Counted from the stretch's first letter, positions 50,514-60,731 are shown. The stretch: DNA of 64,000 nucleotides from an uncultured delta proteobacterium (GCA_963765675.1 CAVXXK010000006.1:224001-288000), one strand, 5' to 3'. Program-made: numbers and translations. Notes: a model not told the origin generated them from the sequence alone.

Positions 50514-50537
50514 GACGGACTCCGATACCTGGCTTTG

Positions 50538-50580
50538 AAAAGCCCTGCTGGTTTCGGAACCGGCGGGGCTTTTGTTTTTT
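50538..50580 (+). terminator. Intrinsic terminator/attenuator upstream of the MFS gene
   Basis: aaaagccctgctggtt-tcgg-aaccggcggggctttt plus gtttttt. Confidence 0.85.
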
Positions 50581-50616
50581 GGCCTTTTTTCGTTGGAATC
50601 GTTTGGGAGGGGAGCG

Positions 50617-51867
50617 TTGCCAAGTCTCGACGCGAACGGCGCGGTACGCGGAATTACGCGACGCTACTACGCGGTATGGCTTATCTACTCGCTGGCGGGT
50701 GGGTTCCTGTTCGGCGTGTACCCGATCTTCCTGCACTCGCGCGGACTCAACCAGTTCGAGATCAACAGCGTGCTGGCGGCGTACTTCGTCGTGCTGTTTT
50801 TGACCGATGTGCCGACGGGCGCATTTGCCGACGCTCTGGGTCGGCGCCGATCATTCGTGCTCGGCACCGCGCTGCGCGCGTGCGCATTCGTGGTGTATTT
50901 CTTCGCGCGGCACTACTGGGTCTTCGTGATTGCCGAGAGTATCGACGGGATCGGCACCACCTTCGGCAACGGCGCGATCGATGCGTGGGGTGTCGATGCG
51001 CTCGACATGGCGGGATACGAAGGGCTGAAGGACCGCCTATTTTCGCGCATCATGCAGCTCACCACGATCGGCTTCATGGTTTCGGCGATTTTCGGCTCGT
51101 ATATCGCCGACATCAATATCGCGTGGCCATGGCTCTGCGGCGCGGCCGGCTACGTGATCAGCGCAGTGATCGGATATTCGCTGATGACGGGCGAGAAACC
51201 GAATTCCGAGGGCGTCCATCTGCTCGCGATTCCCGGGATGATCGTGCGCCGGGTTATCAGCGGGTTCGGCGCGGGCTTCGACAGCAAGGTGGTCCTGATG
51301 CTGAGCGCGGCGGGCGCGATCCAGGTCGCCGCGTGGTCGCCGTACTGGCTCGAATGGCCGCTACTCATGAACCAGAGCTACGGTGTCGGCATCTGGATTA
51401 TCGGATGGATCTACTGTGCGCTGTCGGCGGCGCGGATGCTCGGCGCGGAGATCGTTTCGCGCACGCGGCCCGATCAATCAGCGCGGGCGGGGCGAATCGC
51501 GGCGTTGGTCGGCGCGGCGAGCGTCTTGCTCGCGGTAGCTGGGATGCTCCAGAGTCGGCCGAATATCGTGCTGATGATCCTGTTCGTGATGAACATCTTC
51601 TCTGGCGCGACGCAGCCACTGCTGCAGAGCTGGTTCAACGAGCAGATTGAATCGGAGCAGAGGGCAACGCTGCTATCGTTCAACAGCACCTTTGCGACCA
51701 TGGGCGGCTCGGTCGGCTTGATCGTCAACGGATTTATCGCCGACCGCGCCGGCCTGCCGGTAGCATGGCAATTTGCCGGATTGCTGTCGCTGATGGCGAT
51801 ACCGTGCTACCTCGCGCTGCGCACGGGCGGCGGCGCGATCGAGATCGAGGTGCCGGCCGCGAAGTAA
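50617..51867 (+). CDS. MFS transporter (probable efflux)
   Basis: DVPTGAFADALGRRRS motif A, about 12 TM, EQRATLLS; TTG start after GGAGGGGAG. Confidence 0.92.
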   Translation: MPSLDANGAVRGITRRYYAVWLIYSLAGGFLFGVYPIFLHSRGLNQFEINSVLAAYFVVLFLTDVPTGAFADALGRRRSFVLGTALRACAFVVYFFARHYWVFVIAESIDGIGTTFGNGAIDAWGVDALDMAGYEGLKDRLFSRIMQLTTIGFMVSAIFGSYIADINIAWPWLCGAAGYVISAVIGYSLMTGEKPNSEGVHLLAIPGMIVRRVISGFGAGFDSKVVLMLSAAGAIQVAAWSPYWLEWPLLMNQSYGVGIWIIGWIYCALSAARMLGAEIVSRTRPDQSARAGRIAALVGAASVLLAVAGMLQSRPNIVLMILFVMNIFSGATQPLLQSWFNEQIESEQRATLLSFNSTFATMGGSVGLIVNGFIADRAGLPVAWQFAGLLSLMAIPCYLALRTGGGAIEIEVPAAK

Positions 51868-51932
51868 GGGGAGCGGATGCAGTTCCGCCCGCGGCGTGAT
51901 TAGCGCGCGGGCGGAGGTGGCGGGTTCGGTGG

Positions 51933-52154
51933 TTAGCGACGCGGCGCTTTCCGGATCGTCTTCAGGATGAAAATAAAATCCTGCTTGGACAAAATCGATC
52001 CGAGCATCGCGAGATGGGACAGAGCTTCCATCTCCTGGTCGGTGATCTTGTGACGCGCGCGCAGTCCCTGGTCGGACTGAAATGACTGCCAGACCTCGCG
52101 CCGGAAGGTGGTGTCGCCAGTGGTTTTCGTCGGTGCGTGATTTTGCGTTGCCAT
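51933..52154 (-). CDS. Small hypothetical protein (73 aa)
   Basis: AGGGG RBS and its own TTGCAT-N17-TATAAC promoter; helical composition. Confidence 0.72.
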   Translation of the reverse strand: MATQNHAPTKTTGDTTFRREVWQSFQSDQGLRARHKITDQEMEALSHLAMLGSILSKQDFIFILKTIRKAPRR

Positions 52155-52167
52155 TTTTCCCCTGCGT

Positions 52168-52205
52168 ATCGAGATTGTTATACTCGATGCAGTTAATTCA
52201 TGCAA
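52168..52205 (-). promoter_or_regulatory. Sigma70 promoter of the 73-aa gene with an overlapping palindrome
   Basis: Minus-strand TTGCAT (52205-52200) N17 TATAAC (52182-52177); atcgag-N9-ctcgat spans the -10. Confidence 0.6.
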
Positions 52206-52511
52206 ACAGTTTGAGTGCTTTGTCATAACAAAACGTGTCATGCCTGAGCGTGCGCGGTTCAAGCCCGAAGCCGGGGCGGAATTCCGGCGAAAACAGGGTG
52301 CGGAGCCGAGCCGTCAGGCCACTTCCGGCAAAGTCGAATGCGGGCTTCATAGCCATGACAGACGAGCCGGGGTCGCGAACTATTCAGCCTGATTTTCCGG
52401 GGTTTATTTCTGTGGCGGCGATGCCACTAGCGGCGCGCCGGGGGGTCCGTTAAAACTATATTCTCACGTGGCGCACGACTAGCGCCCCCGAAGAGGATAA
52501 GTCGAAGTCAG

Positions 52512-53726
52512 ATGGATTTCCCGAGAATCAAACGCCTGCCGCCGTATGTTTTCAACGAGATTGGAGATCTGTGCCTGAAGGCGCGCCGGGCCGGCGAGGA
52601 CATTATCGACTTCGGCATGGGAAATCCCGACGAGGCCACTCCGCCGCATATCGTGGCGAAGCTGATCGAGGCGGCCGCCAAGGCGCCGAACCATCGCTAC
52701 TCGGTTTCACGCGGAGTGTACAAGCTCCGGCTCGCGATCACCGACTGGTACAAGCGGCGTTATGGGGTCGAACTCGATCCGGACGGTGAAGCGATCGTCA
52801 CGATCGGCTCGAAGGAGGGTATCGCGCATATGGCGCTGGCGATCCTCGACCAGGGCGACGTGGTGCTCGCGCCGACGCCGACTTATCCGATCCATCAGTA
52901 CGGATGCATCATCGCCGGCGCGCAAGTGCAGGGGGTGCCGATGCGCGCAACCGGTGAGGAATTTTACGAAGAGCTGACCGCGATCGTCAGCCGCACCTGG
53001 CCGCGGCCAAAATTTTTGATCATGAACTTTCCGCATAATCCGACCACGGCGACGGTGGATTTGCGCTTCATGAAGCGGGTCGCGGATTTTGCGCGCGAGA
53101 ACCAGATGATGGTCGCGCATGATTTCGCATACGCGGACCTGTGCTTCGACGGCTACGTTGCGCCATCGTTCATGCAGGTGCCGGGCGCCAAGGATATCGG
53201 GGTCGAGTTTTTCACGCTCTCAAAGAGCTACAATATGCCCGGATGGCGGGTCGGCTTCGCGGTAGGAAATCGAGAGATGATCGGCGCGCTCGCGCGGATG
53301 AAATCGTACCTCGACTACGGGATGTTCGCTCCCGTGCAGGTCGCGGCGATCGCGGCGCTCAACGGTCCGCAGGAGTGCGTCTCGGAGATCAACGCGACCT
53401 ACAAACGCCGCCGCGACGTTCTGGTGGAAGGGCTGGTGCGTGCGGGATGGCCAGTGGAGAAGCCGCGCGCCACTATGTTCGTGTGGGCGCCGATTCCGGA
53501 GGCATTCCGCCACATGGGCTCGATCGCGTTTGCCAAATTCCTGTTGTCCGAAGCCAAAGTCGCGGTTTCGCCGGGCGTCGGATTTGGCGCCGACGGCGAT
53601 GGCTTCGTTCGGTTCGCGCTGATCGAGAATGAACACCGCACGCGCCAGGCTGTGCGCGGAATCCGTCACGCCCTTTCGAGCGCCGGCGCTGGCGCCCCGG
53701 CGCGCCGCGCCGCGAGTGTCTCCTGA
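52512..53726 (+). CDS. alaC: Class I/II PLP aminotransferase (AlaC-like)
   Basis: [49 protein letters not shown]. Confidence 0.85.
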   Translation: MDFPRIKRLPPYVFNEIGDLCLKARRAGEDIIDFGMGNPDEATPPHIVAKLIEAAAKAPNHRYSVSRGVYKLRLAITDWYKRRYGVELDPDGEAIVTIGSKEGIAHMALAILDQGDVVLAPTPTYPIHQYGCIIAGAQVQGVPMRATGEEFYEELTAIVSRTWPRPKFLIMNFPHNPTTATVDLRFMKRVADFARENQMMVAHDFAYADLCFDGYVAPSFMQVPGAKDIGVEFFTLSKSYNMPGWRVGFAVGNREMIGALARMKSYLDYGMFAPVQVAAIAALNGPQECVSEINATYKRRRDVLVEGLVRAGWPVEKPRATMFVWAPIPEAFRHMGSIAFAKFLLSEAKVAVSPGVGFGADGDGFVRFALIENEHRTRQAVRGIRHALSSAGAGAPARRAASVS

Positions 53727-53754
53727 ACGGCCGCGATCTTCACGGCGGTCAAAT

Positions 53755-55062
53755 TTGAAACCGATTCGGATAGCCCTGCTCGGATGCGGCACGGTCGGCG
53801 GCGGCGTGGTCAGGCTGCTGCGTGCCAATGCCGCCGCGTATGCGCATAAGCTCGGCACTCCGCTCGAACTTGCGGCAGTCGCCGATCGCAGCCTCAAACC
53901 CGATCGCGCGCTTGGCCTCTCCAGCAAACTGATTACGCGAGACGCCGCCGCGCTGGTGGTGCGCAAGGACATAGATATAGTCGTCGAGCTGTTCGGCGGT
54001 ACGGAGCCCGCGCGCAGCTTGATCTTGAAGGCGCTCGCAGCGGGCAAGGACGTCGTGACCGGAAACAAGGCGATGCTCGCGGAGCATGGCGCCGAGATCT
54101 TCGGCACCGCCGCGCGCCACGGCCGCAGCGTTGGCTTTGAAGCGAGCGTCGGCGGCGGTATCCCGATTATCCGCATCCTGCGCGAGGGGCTGGTCGGCGA
54201 CCGCCATCGCGCCGTGTACGGAATCGTCAACGGCACCTGCAACTCGATTCTCACTACGATGAGCGCGAGCGGCGCGGAGTTCAAAGATGCGCTCGCGGCG
54301 GCGCAGCGCGCAGGCCTTGCGGAACCCGACCCGAGCCTCGATGTTGGTGGTCACGACGCCGCGCACAAGCTGTGCCTGCTGGCCGCGCTGGCGTTCGGCG
54401 TGATGCTCAAGCCCGCGCAGGTGCATACCGAGGGCATCACGCGAATCACGCAGGACGATATCGTCTATGCGCGCGAGCTCGGTTATGTGACCAAGCTGCT
54501 CGCGATCGCAAAGGAAGACCAAGGCGTGATCGAGGCACGGGTGCATCCGACGCTGCTTCCGCGCGACCACGTTTTGGCGAGCATCAACGACGCCTACAAT
54601 GCGATCTATATCGACGGCGTGGCGCTGGGCACCACGCTCTACTCCGGCTTCGGCGCGGGGCAGATGCCGAGCGCGACTGCGGTGCTTGCCGATATAATGG
54701 AAATCGCGCGCGAGCGCCGCGCGGGCGGCTCCGGACGCGCGCACGCGCTGGGGCATCCTGTCGAGCTTATCGGCAAGGCCCGTGTCAAGCCGATGGACGA
54801 CGTGGTATGCGAATACTACCTGCGTTTCATGGCGCGCGACGTGCCGGGAGTGCTCGGCGCAATCGCGTCGGTTTTGGGACGCAGCGGGATTTCGATAGCG
54901 TCGGTTATCCAGAAGGGCCGCGGAGGGAAAAAGACCGTGCCGGTGATCATGCGAACCCATTCCGCGCCCGAGCGCAACCTGGTTCGCGCGCTCGAGCGTA
55001 TTGAGCGCACCCCGATGGTGGACGCGCGGCCGGCATTCATCCGGATCGAGGAGAATTTGTAA
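53755..55062 (+). CDS. hom: Homoserine dehydrogenase with ACT domain
   Basis: [32 protein letters not shown]-terminal ACT. Confidence 0.96.
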   Translation: MKPIRIALLGCGTVGGGVVRLLRANAAAYAHKLGTPLELAAVADRSLKPDRALGLSSKLITRDAAALVVRKDIDIVVELFGGTEPARSLILKALAAGKDVVTGNKAMLAEHGAEIFGTAARHGRSVGFEASVGGGIPIIRILREGLVGDRHRAVYGIVNGTCNSILTTMSASGAEFKDALAAAQRAGLAEPDPSLDVGGHDAAHKLCLLAALAFGVMLKPAQVHTEGITRITQDDIVYARELGYVTKLLAIAKEDQGVIEARVHPTLLPRDHVLASINDAYNAIYIDGVALGTTLYSGFGAGQMPSATAVLADIMEIARERRAGGSGRAHALGHPVELIGKARVKPMDDVVCEYYLRFMARDVPGVLGAIASVLGRSGISIASVIQKGRGGKKTVPVIMRTHSAPERNLVRALERIERTPMVDARPAFIRIEENL

Positions 55063-55067
55063 ACCCG

Positions 55068-56171
55068 ATGGCCGAGCAGAGCCAATATCGAGACAATCCT
55101 CCCCGGCTCAACCGATGGCCCGGGCTGATCGAGTATTACCGGCGTTTCCTTCCGGTGACCGACGACACTCCGGTCGTGACCCTGAACGAGGGCAACACGC
55201 CGCTCGTCGAAGCTCCGCAGCTCGCGGACCGGCTCGGCCCGAACGTCAAGGTTTACTTGAAGTGTGAAGGCTCCAACCCGACCGGTTCGTTCAAGGACCG
55301 CGGGATGACGCTGGCGATCTCGAAAGCGCTCGGCGAAGGCGCCAAGGCCGTCATCTGCGCCTCGACCGGCAACACCGCCGCGTCAGCGGCCGCCTATGCG
55401 GGCCGCGCCGGTCTGCGCGCGTTCGTGCTGATTCCCAAGGGCGCGGTCGCACTCGGCAAGCTTTCGCAATCGGTAATGCACGGGGCCAAGGTCCTCGAGA
55501 TCATCGGCAATTTCGACATCTGCCTCAAGGTAGTGCGCGATCTGGCCGAGCGCGATCCGCTGCGGATCCGGCTGGTGAACAGCGTTAATCCCGATCGAAT
55601 CGCGGGGCAGAAGACCGCCGCATTCGAGATTTGCGACGCGCTCGGCGACGCGCCGACGCATCATTTTTTGCCGGTCGGCAATGCCGGAAACATCACCGCG
55701 TACTGGGCCGGTTATCGCGAATACAAATCGGTAGGACGATCCGAGCGTCTGCCGAAGATGATGGGTTACCAGGCGGCGGAGTCCGCGCCGATCGTGATCG
55801 GGCATCCGATCGATGACCCGCACACGGTCGCGACCGCGATCAAGATCGGCAATCCCGCGAGCTGGACCGGCGCGACCGGCGCGCGCGACGAATCCGCCGG
55901 CATTATCGACATGGTGACTGACGCCGAGATTCTTGCAGCCTATCGTTTGATCGCGGCGGGCGGCGTGTTCGCCGAACCAGCTTCGGCTGCGTCGGTCGCG
56001 GGTTTGATAAAGTACGGCGCGTCGGGTGCGATCAAGCCGGGGTCGGTATGCGTGTGCACATTGACGGGCCACGGTCTTAAGGATCCCGACACGGCGCTTA
56101 AGAATCTGTCGAACACGATCGTACTCGAGCCCGATATCAAGAAGCTGATGAAGATCATCGAGCAGGGTTAG
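55068..56171 (+). CDS. thrC: Threonine synthase
   Basis: [37 protein letters not shown]. Confidence 0.96.
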   Translation: MAEQSQYRDNPPRLNRWPGLIEYYRRFLPVTDDTPVVTLNEGNTPLVEAPQLADRLGPNVKVYLKCEGSNPTGSFKDRGMTLAISKALGEGAKAVICASTGNTAASAAAYAGRAGLRAFVLIPKGAVALGKLSQSVMHGAKVLEIIGNFDICLKVVRDLAERDPLRIRLVNSVNPDRIAGQKTAAFEICDALGDAPTHHFLPVGNAGNITAYWAGYREYKSVGRSERLPKMMGYQAAESAPIVIGHPIDDPHTVATAIKIGNPASWTGATGARDESAGIIDMVTDAEILAAYRLIAAGGVFAEPASAASVAGLIKYGASGAIKPGSVCVCTLTGHGLKDPDTALKNLSNTIVLEPDIKKLMKIIEQG

Positions 56172-56191
56172 CGGGAATTCAGGACATCAGC

Positions 56192-57421
56192 ATGAAGTAC
56201 GTAATTATCCACGGTGACGGCATGGCCGACTGGCCGTGCGACGAGTTGGGCGGAAAAACGCCGCTCGAAGCCGCGAACAAACCCAACATGGATCTGCTCG
56301 CGACGCGCGGAATCCTCGGGCTGACCGCCACGATCCCAGCCGGGATGCCGTCGGGCAGCGACGTCGGCACGATGTCGATGCTCGGGTACGACCCTCGGCG
56401 GTATCACACCGGACGCGCGCCGATCGAGGCCGCGAGCCAGGGGATTGCGATGGGGCCGGCCGACGTTGTGTTCCGCATGAACCTGGTCTCGCTAGCTCCT
56501 GGAGCGGGCGGCGCGCAGATAATGAGCGATTTCACCGCGGGACATATCAGCAGCGAAGAGGCGGCGCGGATCGTCGATGATCTGCGCCGCGAGCTTGGCG
56601 GTGACGGAATCGAGTTCTTTGGCGGCGTCAGCTATCGTCATCTGATGGTGTGGCGCAATGGAATCGGCAACACCAGGCTTACTCCGCCGCACGACATTTC
56701 CGGCAAGGAAATAGCTGCGCATCTTCCTGAGGGTGAAGGTTCGGAACGCCTGCGCGATCTGATGAAACGCGCCGCCGCGATTCTCGCGCGTCATCGCGTG
56801 AATGCGGCCCGCCGCGCCGCGGGCAAGCCAGAGGCGACCTCGGTGTGGTTCTGGGGGCAGGGGACGCGTCCCGCGGTGCCGACGCTGAAAGAGCGTTTCG
56901 GAATCGACGGCTCGGTAATCTCGGCGGTCGATCTGGTCAACGGAATCGGGCGGCTTGCGGGGCTTGCGCCAATCAAGGTGCCGGGAGCGACCGGGTTTCT
57001 CGATACCGACTACGGCGCGAAGGCGCGCTACGGCCTCGAGTCGCTCAAGAATCACGATTTCCTGCTGCTGCATATCGAAGCGCCCGATGAGGCCGGGCAT
57101 ATGGGCCGCGCGGATTTGAAAACCGAAGCGATCGAGAAAATCGACGAATTGATAATCGGTCCGATGCTTCCGGCGCTGGCCGCGATGGGCGAGTTCGCGA
57201 TTCTGCTCCAGCCCGATCACGCGACCCCGTCGAAGCTGAAGACCCACTCGCCCGAGCCGGTTCCGTTCGCGCTGCTCACCTCCAGGACTTATGCGCGCAA
57301 GGATGCTCCGGCGCGCCGTTACACGGAAGCCTCGGGAAAGAGCACCGGGATTGAAGTTCGCGACGGGTACCGATTAATCGAATCGCTCTTGGGAAAAGGT
57401 GGCGTTCTCGGCCACGCGTGA
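56192..57421 (+). CDS. apgM: Cofactor-independent phosphoglycerate mutase, ApgM-type (proposed homoserine kinase family)
   Basis: DGMAD, GSDV, GRAPIEA, HIEAPDEAGH, PDHATP. Confidence 0.88.
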   Translation: MKYVIIHGDGMADWPCDELGGKTPLEAANKPNMDLLATRGILGLTATIPAGMPSGSDVGTMSMLGYDPRRYHTGRAPIEAASQGIAMGPADVVFRMNLVSLAPGAGGAQIMSDFTAGHISSEEAARIVDDLRRELGGDGIEFFGGVSYRHLMVWRNGIGNTRLTPPHDISGKEIAAHLPEGEGSERLRDLMKRAAAILARHRVNAARRAAGKPEATSVWFWGQGTRPAVPTLKERFGIDGSVISAVDLVNGIGRLAGLAPIKVPGATGFLDTDYGAKARYGLESLKNHDFLLLHIEAPDEAGHMGRADLKTEAIEKIDELIIGPMLPALAAMGEFAILLQPDHATPSKLKTHSPEPVPFALLTSRTYARKDAPARRYTEASGKSTGIEVRDGYRLIESLLGKGGVLGHA

Positions 57422-57433
57422 ACGGGAGGAACG

Positions 57434-58387
57434 ATGGAACGCAATCTCGCTCTCGAAGTGGTGCGCGCCACCGAGGCTGCGGCTCTGGCCGCCGCGCGCT
57501 TTATCGGCAAAGGCGACGAGCGCACCGCGGATCGCGCGGCGCAGGACGCGATGCGCAAGACGCTCAACTCGGTCGCGATGGACGGCAAGATCGTCATCGG
57601 CGAGGGTACTGCGGACGAAGCCGAGTTCCTCTACCAGGGCGAGATCGTCGGCAACGGCGCCGGGCCCGAGGTCGATGTCGCGCTCGATGCGCTCGAGGGC
57701 TCGCTCATCTGCGCGACCGGCGGTCCCAACGCGCTGTCATGCGTCGCGCTGTCGGAGCGCGGCAAGATCCTGCGCTGCCCGGACACTTACATGGACAAGA
57801 TCGCGGTCGGGCTGGTCGGGCGCGACGTGGTCGACCTGGACCGCTCGCCGACCGACAATCTCAAAGCGCTGGCCGACGCGAAAAAGGTTTACGTCGAGGA
57901 TCTGCGCGTCGCAATTCTCGATCGTCCGCGCCATGAAAAACTGATTGCCGAGGTCCGCCGCGCCGGCGCCGGAATCAAGCTGCTCTCGGCCGGTGACCTT
58001 TCCGCCGCGATCGCGACCACCCGGCCCGAAAGCGAAATCGACATGCTGATCGGTGTTGGCGGAGCGCATCAGGGCGTGCTGGCCGCGGCTGCGATCCGCT
58101 CGGTCGGCGGACAGATGCAGTGCCGCTTCGTGCCGCGCAATCCGCAGGAGGCCGAGGAGTGCCTCGCGATGGGAATCATGGACTTGAAGCGCCGCTACAC
58201 GCTCGAGGAGCTCGCGGGCGACAACGTGATGTTCGCGGCTACGGGCGTTACCACCGGCGACTACTTGCGCGGCGTGCGATTTTTCTCCGGCGGCGCGATG
58301 ACCAACAGCGTCGTGATGCGCTCGACCACGCGCACGGCGCGTTTTATCGAGGCGATTCATCATTTCGATTTTAAGCCGGAATACTAA
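57434..58387 (+). CDS. glpX: Class II fructose-1,6-bisphosphatase
   Basis: VRATEAAA, VIGEG, DALEG, YMDK, DRPRH, ATGVTTG. Confidence 0.92.
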   Translation: MERNLALEVVRATEAAALAAARFIGKGDERTADRAAQDAMRKTLNSVAMDGKIVIGEGTADEAEFLYQGEIVGNGAGPEVDVALDALEGSLICATGGPNALSCVALSERGKILRCPDTYMDKIAVGLVGRDVVDLDRSPTDNLKALADAKKVYVEDLRVAILDRPRHEKLIAEVRRAGAGIKLLSAGDLSAAIATTRPESEIDMLIGVGGAHQGVLAAAAIRSVGGQMQCRFVPRNPQEAEECLAMGIMDLKRRYTLEELAGDNVMFAATGVTTGDYLRGVRFFSGGAMTNSVVMRSTTRTARFIEAIHHFDFKPEY

Positions 58388-58416
58388 TCTTCAATTCCGG
58401 CGCAAAGGGAGGGATC

Positions 58417-58857
58417 ATGAAGCGTATTCTTTTCTCGGCGATCAGATCGCTTACCGGAGTCTTCGTTCTGGCGGTGATCCTCGCAGCATGCAGCGCGGCG
58501 GGTACAGCGAAACAAAACGACGCCAAAATCGGCTGCAACTTCGATGCGAACAAGGTCTGTCAGGGCGCTCTGACACGTCCGGTATCAACCGCGCAGGGCT
58601 TCACCACCAGCAATCAGAGCTACATTACGCAGAACAGTCTCGCGACAACCTGGGTGATGGTGCCGGTCAAGGCGCCTGGCGGGTCCGAGGTCGATGTGCA
58701 ATGCCAGGTTAACTATGGCAAGAAGCAAGTCATCTATGCGTATCCGACTGCGAGCGGCACTGTCTCCGATAGCGATCGGCAATGGTTTCATCAGACCGGA
58801 ATGTGCATGGGGACCGAGGGCACTGAGGCGACACCCAAGATCGGCGCGCAGGAATAA
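58417..58857 (+). CDS. Hypothetical lipoprotein
   Basis: GGAGG RBS; lipobox LAAC; four additional Cys. Confidence 0.75.
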   Translation: MKRILFSAIRSLTGVFVLAVILAACSAAGTAKQNDAKIGCNFDANKVCQGALTRPVSTAQGFTTSNQSYITQNSLATTWVMVPVKAPGGSEVDVQCQVNYGKKQVIYAYPTASGTVSDSDRQWFHQTGMCMGTEGTEATPKIGAQE

Positions 58858-58943
58858 TCAGGCGTTTCGAGGATTATCGCTGACTGGCTAATCCCGCGAT
58901 TGCACAACCTCATTCGCCTAAAGACAAGCGAGGATAAGCCAGC

Positions 58944-59129
58944 ATGTGGACCCAATTTACTATTGATGGAAAGACCGTCCTTGTGAACATGGCGATGGTC
59001 TCGCATGTGCTGGAACTGGCTGACGGGCAGCGCGGATGCAAACTATTCATCGCGCCGGATTATTTCCTCACCGTCGATCAGGTGATGCGCGAGGTGATGA
59101 CGCGGCTCGGGATCGATCCGCGCAACTGA
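58944..59129 (+). CDS. Small hypothetical protein (FlbD-like pattern)
   Basis: GAGGA RBS; MWTQFTIDGKTVLVN...LTVDQ pattern. Confidence 0.6.
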   Translation: MWTQFTIDGKTVLVNMAMVSHVLELADGQRGCKLFIAPDYFLTVDQVMREVMTRLGIDPRN

Positions 59130-59279
59130 TTTTTCATCCGCTTGCAGAAAATTGATAGTCAGCCCAGGCTTCCGGTGCTATCGTCCGAAAATATTCTCGA
59201 CCGGGAACGAAAGGGGGCCTGTTTGCGTTATCCAAAAGGGGTGCCGGTTTGCGATTCCGCTAGCAACTGTGACGAGCCT

Positions 59280-60506
59280 GTGCCGCGTCGGCTCAGGACG
59301 GTGAGTTGCGTTATCTCACTGCTTCTCTTGTTCGTCGCTGGATGCGGCGGCGGATCAGGATCGGGTTCAGGATCGCCGTCCGCGGGTATCGTTCACTTTG
59401 TTCCTAATTCGCATGCGTTCTGGAGCAAGCAGGCGAACTGGACGACCAGTTTCGGTCCGGCATACGCCGACATCACGACGGCGAGTTCCAACTTTTTGCC
59501 GTGCAGAGGCGGACCGTTTGCGCTCTGCTACTACTCGGGTCCGAGCAACGGCAACGAAGACCTGTCCTGCACGCTGACCGCCGATGGCAAATACGCCAAC
59601 TGCCGATGCTACGAAATTCCGTACGGCGTGTACTTCGTAGATATCAACGCGATCCTGAACCGATCCGTCTATCAAAACACTGTAGCCACATGCGGAGTGG
59701 ACGGCAGCCTGTGCGGAAAGATGAACTCGGCGCCGGTGTGCCAATCGGTTAATCAAGGAACCTTGATTCCCGGCACCGGGGTTTACTCGACCTTCAGCTT
59801 CGATTGCGTCCCGACCGACGGAATCGGCGTGACCAATTGTTCCACCTCGCAGTACGCCGGATGCATGACCGCGCCGTGCTTCAAGACCGGCCAGCCGCAG
59901 ATCGATAGCTGCTCGTGCCCGGTCTTCAACGGTCCTTACCAGGTTGGGACGAACAACCAGGCATGCACTCTCGGCGACGATCTCGTCTGGTCGGCCGCGT
60001 ATGCCCCTCCGAGCGCCACACCAACCCCGGCCGCGACGTTTATCGCGCCGCCGAAGGTCGTGCAGGCCGCTGCCGCGGTCCCGAGTCCCGGAGCCTGCCT
60101 TCCGGATGCACCCGGAGGATACGGCTGCCCGCTCTATGTCCCCGGAACCACGGTCCTGCCGCCAAACAGCGGCGTCGACTGTTCGGTGGTCTGCTCGGAA
60201 TACAATACCTGCCAGCAGAAGGGCGGAGTCGAGACCGGCTACACCTGCGATGCGACGCTTTGCACCGACCAATGTAATGACCGCGATCTGCTCGGGACCG
60301 CGTGCTCGAATCTCGCGAAGTGCGACGTTTCGGAAATTATCAAAGCCGAAACCGCGGCCAGTTGCAGTTGCTGCGCGAGCCAGCTCTGCAATTGCGATTC
60401 GAGCGCACAGACCGATTCGGAGATTGCCGCGCTCAACCAGCAGCAGCGCGATCGAGGTATCGTCCCGCAGTGCGACGTCAACGGCACGCTCTGCGGCACA
60501 CCCTGA
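59280..60506 (+). CDS. Cysteine-rich lipoprotein
   Basis: Lipobox VAGC plus GS linker; about 32 further Cys in two domains split by a Pro/Ala/Thr linker; start uncertain. Confidence 0.82.
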   Translation: MPRRLRTVSCVISLLLLFVAGCGGGSGSGSGSPSAGIVHFVPNSHAFWSKQANWTTSFGPAYADITTASSNFLPCRGGPFALCYYSGPSNGNEDLSCTLTADGKYANCRCYEIPYGVYFVDINAILNRSVYQNTVATCGVDGSLCGKMNSAPVCQSVNQGTLIPGTGVYSTFSFDCVPTDGIGVTNCSTSQYAGCMTAPCFKTGQPQIDSCSCPVFNGPYQVGTNNQACTLGDDLVWSAAYAPPSATPTPAATFIAPPKVVQAAAAVPSPGACLPDAPGGYGCPLYVPGTTVLPPNSGVDCSVVCSEYNTCQQKGGVETGYTCDATLCTDQCNDRDLLGTACSNLAKCDVSEIIKAETAASCSCCASQLCNCDSSAQTDSEIAALNQQQRDRGIVPQCDVNGTLCGTP

Positions 60507-60550
60507 CTCGAAGGCATAGCATATCCATCCCGCTGGGCTGCTAACGCGAC

Positions 60551-60731
60551 GGGCGAGATTCCTCGCGGTGTGCGCCGCGCGAGACGATCCGCGGGATGCG
60601 TAGATGGCGGTTGATTTGCGCTCGGAATGACAATTTGCGGGTGGCTTGTGTCATTCCGAGCGCGGCCAGGCACAGCGTATCGGAGCCGTGCGCGTCACAT
60701 CGAGTGCCGGGTATCGCGAGGAATCTCGCCC
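60551..60731. repeat. TGTC-class REP doublet with nested perfect inverted repeats
   Basis: gggcgagattcctcgcg/cgcgaggaatctcgccc and gcgctcggaatgaca/tgtcattccgagcgc. Confidence 0.82.

Noticed and set aside
59280-60506. Multiheme cytochrome c
   Set aside because: No CxxCH motifs
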